Part shown: positions 53,100 through 64,000 of the stretch, one piece after another | Numbering within the stretch: position 1 is the first letter of the stretch | How the letters are laid out: the number at the start of each line of letters is the position of its first letter | DNA from: Dendrobates tinctorius | Taxonomy: Eukaryota | Assembly: GCF_039654945.1 (NCBI RefSeq) | Contig: NW_027361714.1 | Coordinates: forward strand, 44,826,001 to 44,890,000 | DNA: 64,000 bases | Direction: 5' to 3' | Notes under the pieces: model-generated | The model's database searches: none | What the model saw: the letters and a program-made list of their open reading frames with translations, nothing else | Told to the model about the DNA's origin: nothing | Program-made: the position numbers and the translations under genes

Positions 53100-55995
53100 G
53101 GGTAGCGCTGTCATTCAAGGTTGGGGGACACTCGCTTGGCAGCAAATAAATCACATCCGGTACGGGTTTTCCATAAAACAATATCAGTCCGTGAGGTTTA
53201 TTATTCAGCATAAACCAAAGGAAGCACCATAAGGTTCATATCAGCATAGCGTCCATTATATAGGCTATTCAGCCTCATCATTATCTCACCCGTCAGGGTT
53301 CCTTATGCGGCTTCACCATCGCATACGTTAGTTCCCTCCAGGGAGCTCTGAGGCACACATCGCCAATGCTCAACACAGCCGCTCCACAGGCTGTTAGCCA
53401 GGAGATTATTCTCCTCACGGGACCTTCCAAACTGGACCAATCAGGTCCCAGCATTCACACCTTGTGACGTACCCTGGCCACCTTATATGGTCCATAGCCA
53501 CGCCCACTTGGTCACATGGCTATGACCTCATCACAGGTCCTGCACACACTTACAAAGCCTTTTACTATAGGAATTTTCAGACACACCCCTGGGTGGATTT
53601 GTAGGTAACCAGAACCCGCCCATCTCTCTAGTTACCTGAAGACTTCTCCCTTACATTTAGAAACAACACCTCAGCAATGATATTGCTGATCACACATACA
53701 CAAGTCTCCATCTCAAAGCCACCCACTTTGAGATACATAACCATCCTTCAGGATTCTGCCACTCATCCGTTCTCTTGGGACATCCACACTGCGCCCCCGA
53801 GTGGACACTGGTCATTACACCACATACCCCGCCCCTCTGTTCAAACTTGTGGGGTTGAACACACAATCTTACACCAGGATCTCGAGACCGGGCACTCATT
53901 ACACCTTGCCCCATAGGTCGAGAGAACCGTCTCCCTCTGTCATCCGGCCTCATTTCTACGTTAGGCCTCCCCCGCCCCAGCGGTCAAAATATCGGTCATT
54001 GTCTTTGACCCTCCAGTTGCAGTCTGTATGCGTCATCAGACACTGTTTAGTCACCACCCTCCTAGAGTGCGCTTCGTCACCTGACCGTTCTCCCACTGAC
54101 CGGCTCTCCCAGTTGGTACGGTCATCAGTCTTAAATCGGTCCTACTGTCTGGCCTGAGTCTGACTCATTCAGCGTCTCACAGGAACTAATTTCTCTCAGC
54201 TTCGCACGGCCCATCGAACTGCCACTTGCTGACATTCTTCGGCCACCTGCCATGTCACTATTTGGAGGAACCCTTCGGTTCCTTACATCTTGGGTTGGAG
54301 GCGGCCGCCACCTGGTATTCCATACTTCTTTATTAATTCGCTGACGGTCCAGCCTCAACTGCTCAATTTCTTGCAGGTACCCCACTCGATACTCCACGAG
54401 CATCCGAAAGTCTCTCAGGCTCTCTGCGGAGCCAACCACCATGATGGGAATTCTACCCACTTCAATGGATACCTGATCTTCATCATCAGGAGGGATCCTC
54501 ACCCTGACCACACCGCCGATATTCACAAGGTCTTGCATTACCTTCCCGAATCTTCCAATAATTCTCCCAATCAGAGCTTTGGGTACCGGAACCACGTCTT
54601 TCCGCAAACCCAGCCGATCCATAGCCTCACCAGGTCCAGGGGCTCGGCGGGTGCTCTTCAGGACATCTGTCTCTGCCTGAGACTGCCCAACACGCGCGCC
54701 TCACCAGGTCCAAGGTAACACCACGTGCTCCTGGGATCCGACTCTGCTCCCAGGGCTGACCCTCCAGGACCTTTCCTCACTGAACCCTCCCAGTACACTG
54801 TCTTCCTCACTGACCCAGGTCAGTACCACACGAACACCTGTCCGATACCTGTGTCAGCCACACGGGTCACCGTTTTACTCATTGACCCAGGTCAGTACCA
54901 CACAAACACCAGTCCGTTTCTCCTGTGTTGCCCACACAGGTTCTCGGGTACCTCTTCTCCGCAGAGGCACCCTAGCAATTACCAGACTTTCTCCTGGGGA
55001 AGCAGCCGCACTGGGCTCACCGATCCGGACAGTGCCTTACTCACTAGGCCGCCCCATGGTTTCCAGAACCATAGCCAGACAGTGGCTTCCCCACTTGCAG
55101 GCTGTCACAGGCTCTGCTCACACGTGGCCGGTCCGCAGCACATCACACGGATTCCACAACCGTCAGCCCTCCTGGCTCAGCGTAGCTCTTTGCCACCGAA
55201 TTTTGCAGTCCTTATCCGTTGCTCCCAGCAACAAGGCTACACCACTGCCCATAGCCTTCTCCACCAATTGTGAGGTAGCGCTGTCATTCAAGGTTGGGGG
55301 ACACTCGCTTGGCAGCAAATAAATCACATCCGGTACGGGTTTTCCATAAAACCATATCAGTCCATGAGGTTTATTATTCAGCATAAAACAAAGGAAGCAC
55401 CATAAAGTTCATATCAGCATAGCGTCCATTATATAGGCTATTCAGCCTCATCATTATCTCACCCGTCAGGGTTCCTTATGCGGCTTCGCCATCACATACG
55501 TTAGTTCCCTCCAGGGAGCTCTCAGGCACACATCTCCAATGCTAACACAGCCGCTCCACAGGCTGTTAGCCAGGAGATCCTTCTCCTCAAGGGACCTTCC
55601 AAACTGGACAAATCAGGTCCCAGCATTCACACCTTGTGACCTACCCTGGCCACCTTATATGGTCCATAGCCACGCCCACTGGGTCACATGGCTATGACCT
55701 CATCACAGGTCCTTCACACACTTACAAAGCCTTTTACTATAGGCGGTTTCAGACACACACCTGGGTGGATTTGTAGGTAACCAGAACCCGCCTATCTCTC
55801 TAGTTACCTGAAGACTTCTCCCTTACACTTAGAAACAACACCTCAGCAATGATATTGCTGATAAGACATACACAAGTCTCCATCTCAAAGCCACCCACTT
55901 TGAGATACATAACTATCCTTCAGGATTCTGCCACTCATCCGTTCTCTTGGGACATCAACACAGCGCCCCCTAGTGGACACAGTGGTCATTACACC
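53097..55995 (-). mobile_element. Non-autonomous LTR retrotransposon (LTRs 53097-53824 and 55269-55995) in a (TA)n tract
   Basis: Two ~727-bp highly similar direct LTRs; PBS-like TGGTGGAGAAGGC (tRNA-Ala-type) after the 5' LTR; PPT AGAGGGGCGGGG before the 3' LTR; no RT, integrase or protease motifs. Confidence 0.9.
54131..54622 (-). CDS. FMR1/FXR1/FXR2-like KH2 domain + NES helix protein carried by the LTR element
   Basis: VPKALIGRIIGRFGKVMQDLVNIGGVVRVRI...VVGSAES...LVEYRVGYLQEIEQLRLDRQRI aligns without gaps to FXR1 [31 protein letters not shown]...FVGTKES...[22 protein letters not shown] (recalled from memory). Confidence 0.85.
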   Translation of the reverse strand: MDRLGLRKDVVPVPKALIGRIIGRFGKVMQDLVNIGGVVRVRIPPDDEDQVSIEVGRIPIMVVGSAESLRDFRMLVEYRVGYLQEIEQLRLDRQRINKEVWNTRWRPPPTQDVRNRRVPPNSDMAGGRRMSASGSSMGRAKLREISSCETLNESDSGQTVGPI

Positions 55996-56003
55996 TATAT
56001 ATG

Positions 56004-56085
<82 letters not shown>

Positions 56086-56358
56086 CATTGGTTCAAGCCT
56101 CTAAAACCTGGTTCAAACATTTTGGCTGGGGCATAACTATTGTGGGTGCAGGGGTTTGCGGAGGCATACAGGCCCTGAAGCCACAGTAGGTCCACAAGGT
56201 TCCTTTATTCCATATAAAAAAAAAAAGACAAATACTGTTAAAACCCGTGATATTTCGGGGACCCCCGCTAAGGCATTCAGTGGGGTAACTAAAAGCTCAT
56301 GGGCCGTAGTACACAATCTTTAATTTTAGTGGAAGTATAAAGGAGGATAGGTAGACAC

Positions 56359-57249
56359 TGTTAGGGTTGCAGATCACACTAAATATATAATATAAGGAAG
56401 TGCGATCGCAACCCAGGGTCCACCGTGCAGAGATGGAAAACTGCTGCTTAGTAATGGCGGAGTGCAAAGTGAACACCGGCGGGTTAACCAATGACCCGGT
56501 GTGCACAGGAGCAAACTCTTACTTCACAGAGCCGCTGAAAGAAACGCCGGAGCCTGTTAACTCCACAGGACTCGGCAGAGGAAGCGCATAGCGTAAGATC
56601 ACAGGACCAGATAAGTGCACAGGCTGCGCAAGGCGTTGCACAGGCGTGGCTGTCACTTGCCGCGGTACGATAGTGCCCTGCAGTGGGTGACACCATCGGA
56701 CGCTAGTGTGCAGAAGACTGGACTGCACTGTGGCGTATACACTAGCCACTGACAGGCGCTGACTAACCGCTAAACCCTAACAACAGACACAACCAAGGCT
56801 AGGGGTTTCCAATGAGTCAGTCACCAGATACATGCATTCATCATCAGACACTCCATAAGTATTTGAGTCTATACTAGCGCATGGCCATGCGGCCATGTGG
56901 CTCTTTTATAGCAGCGTCCTTCCGGGACCTTCCTAGTGGTCCAATGGGAGCAGCAATAGGACCTGAGCATGTGACATCAGACCTCCAATGAGAGGACTTC
57001 CCACGGGCATGCTCAGTGGACCGAAAGAAGTACTTAGTCCCAGTAGCTGCTCGCTGCTGGCTATTGCAGGTTACTATAGCTGAACCCTGATTAGCAGCAG
57101 TAACCAAGCCAACAGTAGTAGACTGAGCAAGACGCCAAGAACGACGTCTTTGCTGAGCAGGCTCCTCTGCGGCCGGACAGGAATGGGAGACAGCAGACGG
57201 CAAGGCTCGGGATTCCTGCTGTGCAGAGGCAGGAACCCGACGCCTAACA
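56359..57249 (-). mobile_element. Solo LTR
   Basis: TGTTAGG...CCTAACA inverted termini; TSD ambiguous. Confidence 0.75.
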
Positions 57250-58845
57250 CACTGTTGCCAATACATGCATAAACATTTAACTATAGAAGTGCTTTTCAAA
57301 TAGTCAAATACATTAATCTACTGTCAATGTACAAGGTCTTATTCTTCCTCCCATTTAGTTAGCATAAACTGACATTTTTAAATCCGTAAATACCTTCCAA
57401 TACTGGTGTTCTAATGTCCTAATAAATGTAACACACAGGATGACCACGTTGTAGAATATGTAGCTGCATAGAAATATTGCACCCTCACAGGCAAAGGCAT
57501 GCCTCTATTTGCTCAAGATAAAATTATTTCAATTGATTAGGTCTTTCCCTTCAAAGTCAATGTCAATATGTAATTTTTAGGTTATTTTATTTGACAACTA
57601 TGAAAGTACAGCTCAAAGGATTAAGGTTCCTCCTACAAGATAACAAACATCTAGTCAGGGCTCATCAATTTCGTTTGTCCAGCCTAACAGGTTCCAGAAA
57701 GCAATGAGGGGAAAAAAATGACGACATTCAGATCAAATGTCAACTAAAAACGCTTACACGAGTTTCAAGTAATTGATCACACACACAATGAGATGAGGTG
57801 TAAGGGAGGGGTGGTTTGGATCAGGAGCGGCCAAACTTTTTCATTAGGAGATCTACTTTTTATAGTGAAAAAATGTATTTAATCTAAAAAAGTAACCAGT
57901 GATGGCTATATTGTTCACATGTTACAAAATAACGAATTTAGTGCTGCTACACTGTTGGTCCCTGCAGGTAGCGGGAATGATAGTGTCATGTCTTGTATCA
58001 TGATCACTGAACTCACATGCCATATATGCAAACTTTAACAATGAGGTCAGTGACGGGGGGTCAGAGCAGCAGGGGCATTGGATTCAAGAAGTACCGTAAA
58101 TAATGATTATTCCCATATTTTATGCCTATATTTGGTCACGTTTGAATAAGAAAAATGCTTTATGAGCTATTGATCCCCATTGTGAGGTCAACAAACACTA
58201 GTAAAGTGCTTTCTCATACAAGGAACGCAAAGTGCAGCTATTTGGAGAGTTGTGGAGCATGGGCGTCAGTGGCTGCCATATAGATACAGATATCCAAGCA
58301 GCTATGAAAGTCATAGGAAGTCACTCTATAAATATATTTTTGGTGTATAGGAAGAAACCAAAGATAACATAGGAAACTCGTGCAAACACAGGGAGAACAT
58401 ACAAACTCTATGCAGATGTAGGCGTTCATCAGATTTGACCCAAGAAAACCAATTCTGCAAGGCAACAATGCTATCCTCCGAGCCATTGTGCTGATCTATT
58501 GCTTGGCCACTAGTATGGAAGTATGAAATCCTGCTTTATACCATTCCACAGTTTCTTACTACTAGAAAAATATTAATGATTAGAAAACTGGGTGTTACAG
58601 GTAGGAGGTGTTTCCCAGCACATTGTTACACTGTGCATTAAAGGGCTGCCAATGCAGACTGTGTAGCACACACACCTCTAACAAGAGAAATAAAAACACG
58701 CAGTTGCCAATTATTCATACATTTATATTTGGAATAGCAGCAAAAGGGCAAAAATGGAAATTTTAGATAAAGATGCTGCATTAAACATTACTTCTAGCAA
58801 ATACCGTATATGCTCCAGAAAAGATCAAGAGTGGTGAAAAGTTCT

Positions 58846-59339
58846 CGGTTTCACATTAGCGCTTTTTAAGCGCACGCATGGCCGGGGGTAGCTCCGCCCC
58901 CGAGCTGGCTCTCTGCCCGGCGTGCCCGCCCCTTGCTTGTATCGCCGCCTACTAGCGGACAGCGGCGCCTGCGATCGGCGCACCCTATCTTTAGCATAGG
59001 GTGCGCAGATCGTGCGCAGGCCGTGCGCTAGTTGCGCTTTGACCTGCGCTGCGCACTTTTGACGGTGCGCCGTGCGCGCCAAAATCAAACTTTTCGGATT
59101 TTGGCGCGCACGGCGCACCGTCAAAAGTGCGCAGCGCAGGTCAAAGCGCAACTAGCGCAGGCCTGCGCACGATCTGCGCACCCTATGCTAAAGATAGGGT
59201 GCGCCGATCGCAGGCGCCGCTGTCCGCTAGTAGGCGGCGATACAAGCAAGGGGCGGGCACGCCGGGCAGAGAGCCGGCTCGGGGGCGGAGCTACCACCGG
59301 CCGTGCGTGCGCTTAAAAAGCGCTAATGTGAAACCGGCC
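58846..59339. mobile_element. Near-perfect palindromic CpG-rich Harbinger-type MITE
   Basis: Arms 58846-59086 and 59097-59336 with a 10-nt loop; right end GTGAAACCGGCC|TTA. Confidence 0.85.
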
Positions 59340-59374
59340 TTAGTGGTACCATTAGAGTTGCATCGCTACAGTTA

Positions 59375-60169
59375 AGGTACTGTCACACTTAGCGATGTAC
59401 CAGCGATCCCGACCAGCGATATGATGCGGTCAGGATCGCTGGTACATCGCTAAGTGGTCGCTAGTGAGCTGCCACATAGGCAGATCTCACTAGCGACATC
59501 GCTGGGGACGGGGATCGCTACTTACCTGTCACACTAGGCGATCCTGCGTCCTCCCGCCCGGCTCCACGCGTCGCTCGTCCTCACAGCAGGAAGCGCCGCA
59601 GGAAGCTGACGACGAGAAACAGTCCTGAACGTTCTCGCGCGATCAGCGATAACCAGCGGGGGAGCGGGTCGCTGGTAAGTATCAGACACAGAGATATCAC
59701 TAGCAATATCGCTATAACGTCACTAGTTATAGCGATATTGCTAGCGATATCTCTTAAGGTACTGTCACACTTAGCGATGTACCAGCGATCCCGACCAGCG
59801 ATATGACGCGGTCAGGATCGCTGGTACATCGCTAAGTGGTCGCTAGTGAGCTGCCACATAGGCAGATCTCACTAGCGACATCGCTGGGGACGGGGATCGC
59901 TACTTACCTGTCACACTAGGCGATCCTGCGTCCTCCCGCCCGGCTCCACGCGTCGCTCGTCCTCACAGCAGGAAGCGCCACAGGAAGCAGACGACGAGAA
60001 ACAGTCCTGAACGTTCTCGCGCGATCAGCGATAACCAGCGGGGGAGCGGGTCACTGGTAAGTATCAGACACAGAGATATCGCTAGCAATATCGCTATAAC
60101 GTCACAAGTTATAGCGATATTGCTAGCGATATCTCTTAGTGTGACATGCCCTTTAGTGTGACATGCCCT
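59375..60169 (+). mobile_element. Two Harbinger MITE copies; the inner one (59757-60152) sits in the right TIR of the outer one
   Basis: TTA TSDs at 59372/60170 and 59754/60153; the copies are near-identical. Confidence 0.9.
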
Positions 60170-60329
60170 TTAGGGCTTGTTTCATTAAGACTCACATTAT
60201 ACATGCTAATCTTAACCCCTTCAAGCCTGTTTTCACCTTCATGACCAGGCCACACAATTTACAATTCTGACTAGTGTCACTTTATGTGGTAATAACTCTG
60301 GAACACTGCAACGGATCCCACAGATTCCC

Positions 60330-63300
60330 ACTGATACTAGAGAGGCTATTGCCATGCCGAATGGAAGGGCTCTGTACTGAACGTGTCTGATTATAGCATT
60401 TATGGAGACCGCTACTCTGAGAAACTTTTGGTAGTGATAGTATGTGTCTCTCAGATCTAGAACTGTCAAACCAGGAAAAAAGATTTTTACAGTTGTTTTT
60501 ATTGACTCCATTTTGAAAGTTTGGATCCTTAGGAACTTGTTCAACTTTTTCTCAATGCAGGATTAACTAAACAATCTCAGACAGAAGTCTGTCCTGCCTC
60601 TCTTAGATGACCTTTTGTGACAGCCTGTTCCACTCATTGATCACCCTAACTGTAAAGATGCAACCGAGGGTACAGGATTTGAAGGACGGATCATAGCAGC
60701 TGATAGATCTCCTCTGGAGGTCGGAGATTAGTTTACCATACTGGAGAGCCTTTGCTGTGCTCAGCAGGCCTGCTTATTCTTTCCCCGAATGTCCGCTATC
60801 ACACTCACGACTTTGGGATGTTTCTTCATGCTGCCGTATCTTTTGCCGTATCTTTTGCTGCTGCTGTTGCCTTGGCTGCAGCTGTTGTTCCTGAGGCTCC
60901 TTAGATACCTCCATTCTCAGAAGGGACCACCATAAGCTGTATTGAACACCTTCCTAGCGTTTCACCTGCCTTTTGAAGGTGAAAGCAGCCTCCAGTGTGT
61001 CCCCCCCAGCGTTTCCCAGCTCCATTGCCGGAAACTACTTCCGGTCACGTGACCACGCAATCGCGTCATTAGAAAGAGCCTCCGGCGCGTCCCACGAGTA
61101 TGGTGCAGTGTCTGCGCTCCTCCACCCTCCCATGAAGTCTCCCTGGACACACCGGTGGCGCTTCAGGATTCTGCACCAGCCAAAGTAGGGGAATATTCGC
61201 TGCCTGGATCGGTCTGGTCAGGCCTGGAAACGACGTCCATCTTCTTTAACAAACGAACTGATGTGAGGGAGAGGTACCGCCCTTTTATTCTGTGGGTTTC
61301 CTGTCCTTGAAGGGTGGATCCCCTCTCACCTTGATGCTGTCATGGGGGAGAGAGAAAACGCTGATGGGCTGTAAAAATTGGCACTTGCAGATAAGCATCC
61401 TGAATAACTACCGAAGGAAGAAATTGACCGATTACAAGGGTGTGATTACTAACCAGAATAACTCCATCTTGAAGCGACAAAGCCAAACCCATTTGTTCAG
61501 GTGACTTAAATCTAAAATAGGTCACATCGAGCCGTCCTTTTAGGGGATGACTAATAGATTTGAATAAAACCCCCTAAAGCGCTCTGAAACGGGAACACCT
61601 ACAATTACTCCTGTCTAAAGCAAGGAAGCTATCGCCTGGCTGAAACTGACTCACACTGGGAGATCTGGGAGGGAGAGAGCAAAAGAATCCATCCTGATGT
61701 AGATTGGTGAACTCTAATCTTTAACTCGGACAGATGACCTTCCTGACACAAAGATTGCTGATTGCCCAAAGCCATGCCTTCTGAAAAAGGAGGGGGCGGC
61801 CACCTACACAGGAAGAATCCCGATGGGGGGGGGGTCACACGTAAAGCATTGACCTTCCTGCTGTCACTGGACCCAGAGGGCCTAGCACCTGATCCAGAAG
61901 GATGTCTGGTGGGTGTTGGTCTAAAGGTAGCTCTCCTGGAAGACCTTTGGTCTGATTTCCTGACCCGACTTGTCTGATGCTGGAAACTGACGAAAGGGAC
62001 GGACATGCAAGGCCCCATGCCTCTGAAAAAGGACAGCTGGCCCTGGAGTGAGGAAGCAAGATGCTTCAGAAATGATATTCTCTAGCCTGGTTCCAAATAA
62101 GCGAGAGCCTGGAATGGTAGTCCTGTCAGCGATCTTTTTGAAGCTAGGTCTGCCCTCCACACCTTGAGCAACAGCATGTGCGAATCGCCATTAAATTACT
62201 TGCCACCTGGGTAGAGCACTCCGCCGCATCTAAGGATGCTGAACAGTGATACCTGCGCAATCTGATCCGCGATCTCAGCTAATTCCAAATCCTATGAACC
62301 AGACAAAAAAACGTTGTTGCAAATGCTTAGCCCACACCATCACCGCCAGGAAAGGCTGGGCAAAAGTCAAAACCTAGAGTGGTCACCACTAAGCAGAGTG
62401 GTCACCATAAACAAGTGAGATACCAGAGTGTCTACCCCTGGTGGAGTAGACCAAGAGGCCACCTGCTCTGCTGGAAAGGGACAGAACACCTCCAGAAAAC
62501 GACGCTTTTGAAAGGGTTTGGCTGTTGCCACGCTCTCTGTAAAACCTCTGTAAATTCCTCATGGTTAGAAAAAGATCTAGCTACGCACTTACCCCTCCTT
62601 AAAAAAAAACCTGCTTCAGACAGTGATAGAAAGAGCAGAAAAAACCTAGAAGAATCCACTAATTAGTGACACAAAACTGTTAGAGTGCTTAGTATCAGCT
62701 CCCAACAGCCTACCACATACACGTAATTTTTTGCCCTTGTAAGCTTGCTATCCCACAAGGAGGAAGACACCAATGAGCTTCTGTGCTCCACACAACTTAA
62801 AAGGTGTCGTGCTGTAAGGAGAAAGAGAAAGGTACAGAGCCAGATGGGCGGGAACCCGGCTTGCCAAGTCATGGCCGCTGAATGACTGAAATAGTTATCG
62901 CGCCGATTTGCCGGGTGTAACGCGGCCGCTGACTGTCTGGAAATGTTTTGCCCAATGATTGGCTGAAAGGATTCAGCCAGCTGCCTGGCCCAGTGCTCCA
63001 ACAGCCACATGCAATTGCAGTCTTCCCAATGGAACAGGAACCAAACCACCCAGCCCGCTGAGTGAGGGACACCTGCAGATTCACAGGTAGCCACGTGGCA
63101 CGGTCCCACTCCAGCCCACCGATCTGTCTAACCCCGACCAGCTAATTCCAAGGTGAACTCAGATGGGCAAGTACAACAGCCAGCAGCAGCACAATGCCCC
63201 TTCAAAAGGACAGGGGGAGGAGTGTGGAACAAGGGGGTGGGGTAAGCAAGGCTAGTGACAGGGTTATACTTACCTGTCCTGAAAATCCAGATCCCTTCAA

Positions 63301-63450
63301 CTTCTGCTCCATGCACATATGTGCGCTATGGAGGGTGGGGGGCGACAAGAGCTAGTTGGGTTACGGAACTCCGCCCAAGTACCTAACTACTGACAGTGCC
63401 ATGGGACATTGGTCCGGCCACACCGAAGCGAGAGGATACGTACTGAACAA
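60330..63450 (-). mobile_element. DIRS1-type tyrosine-recombinase retrotransposon fragments (at least two copies)
   Basis: RT motifs FKMESIKT..VLDLRDTYYH..QYRALPFG (60340-60545) and IQDAYLQVPI (~61375-61405); gag-like SRLFGTRLENIISEA; DIRS-like terminus TTTTCTCTCTCCCCCATGACAGCA at ~61358. Confidence 0.8.
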
Positions 63451-64000
63451 TTACAGCCTGTACTCTACGTCGCTACATGGGTAAAAGAAAGTGCACAATT
63501 ACACTCTGTTACTCAGAGACATCGATCTCAAAAACAAAAAGCAAAAACTTAGCAATAGTGATGAGCAAAGGTGCTTGGATAATGTCTTATCGAAATATGC
63601 TCCGGTGTTATCAGAGCATCTGGGAGTGCTCGTATATTATATTCGAGTCCCTGTGGCTGCGTGACAACCTCAACACATGTGAGGATTGCCTGTTTGTTAG
63701 GTAATCCGCACGTGTTGAGGCTGTTTCACAGCCGCAAATCATACAACCGCGGGGACTCGGAACATAATATGCGCGCACTCCCAGTTGTTCGGATAACACC
63801 TAAGCATGCTCGGATAAGACGTTTCCTAAGCAAGTTCTCTCATCAACAGACCTTTGCCTCCAACGGACACTATAAAAACCTGAGGAACCCTGACTCCAGC
63901 AGGTGAGATATAATCTGCTGGGGAGGAGCCAATTTTATTTAAATACAATAACAGTGTCAACCTCCAAGTGGCAGCAGACTTACTGTTTCAGGAAACCCTC

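Noticed and set aside
54131-54622. A genuine host FXR1/FMR1 gene
   Set aside because: Intronless, lacks the Agenet domains, highly diverged and enclosed by LTRs, so no gene symbol was assigned
55849-56136. IYIYIY ORFs
   Set aside because: (TA)n microsatellite translations
58560-58678. Possible additional minus-strand exon (strong acceptor near 58679)
   Set aside because: All frames hit stops before the good donor; the alternative donor is weak
58825-59375. Arg/Ala-rich ORFs on both strands
   Set aside because: By-product of a GC-rich palindromic MITE

Overview
Vertebrate genomic DNA, with a repeat repertoire typical of an anuran amphibian (frog/toad). It is mostly nested transposable elements: many Tc1/mariner copies (one intact Passport/Eagle-type DD34E transposase at 28510-29532), a shattered hAT transposase, CR1 and L2 LINEs, a Penelope remnant, DIRS fragments, solo LTRs, tRNA-SINEs, and piggyBac/Kolobok/Harbinger/hAT/pogo-type MITEs. 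Three phase-compatible minus-strand exons (44951-44800, 44441-44362, 30477-30264) appear to be the 3' end of a host gene I cannot name. Two systems stand out. (1) Non-coding, retrozyme/satellite-2-like units of 341 and 401 bp carry a minimal type I hammerhead ribozyme, candidate snRNA-type promoter motifs (octamer and a PSE-like box at conserved spacing), 14-15 bp TSDs and Penelope-style 5' inversions (42681-43324, 47731-48666). (2) A two-LTR non-autonomous retroelement (53097-55995) has, as its only recognisable ORF, a captured intronless FMR1/FXR-family KH2 domain plus the NES helix. All homology calls come from motif recognition and memory of the families, not from database searches.
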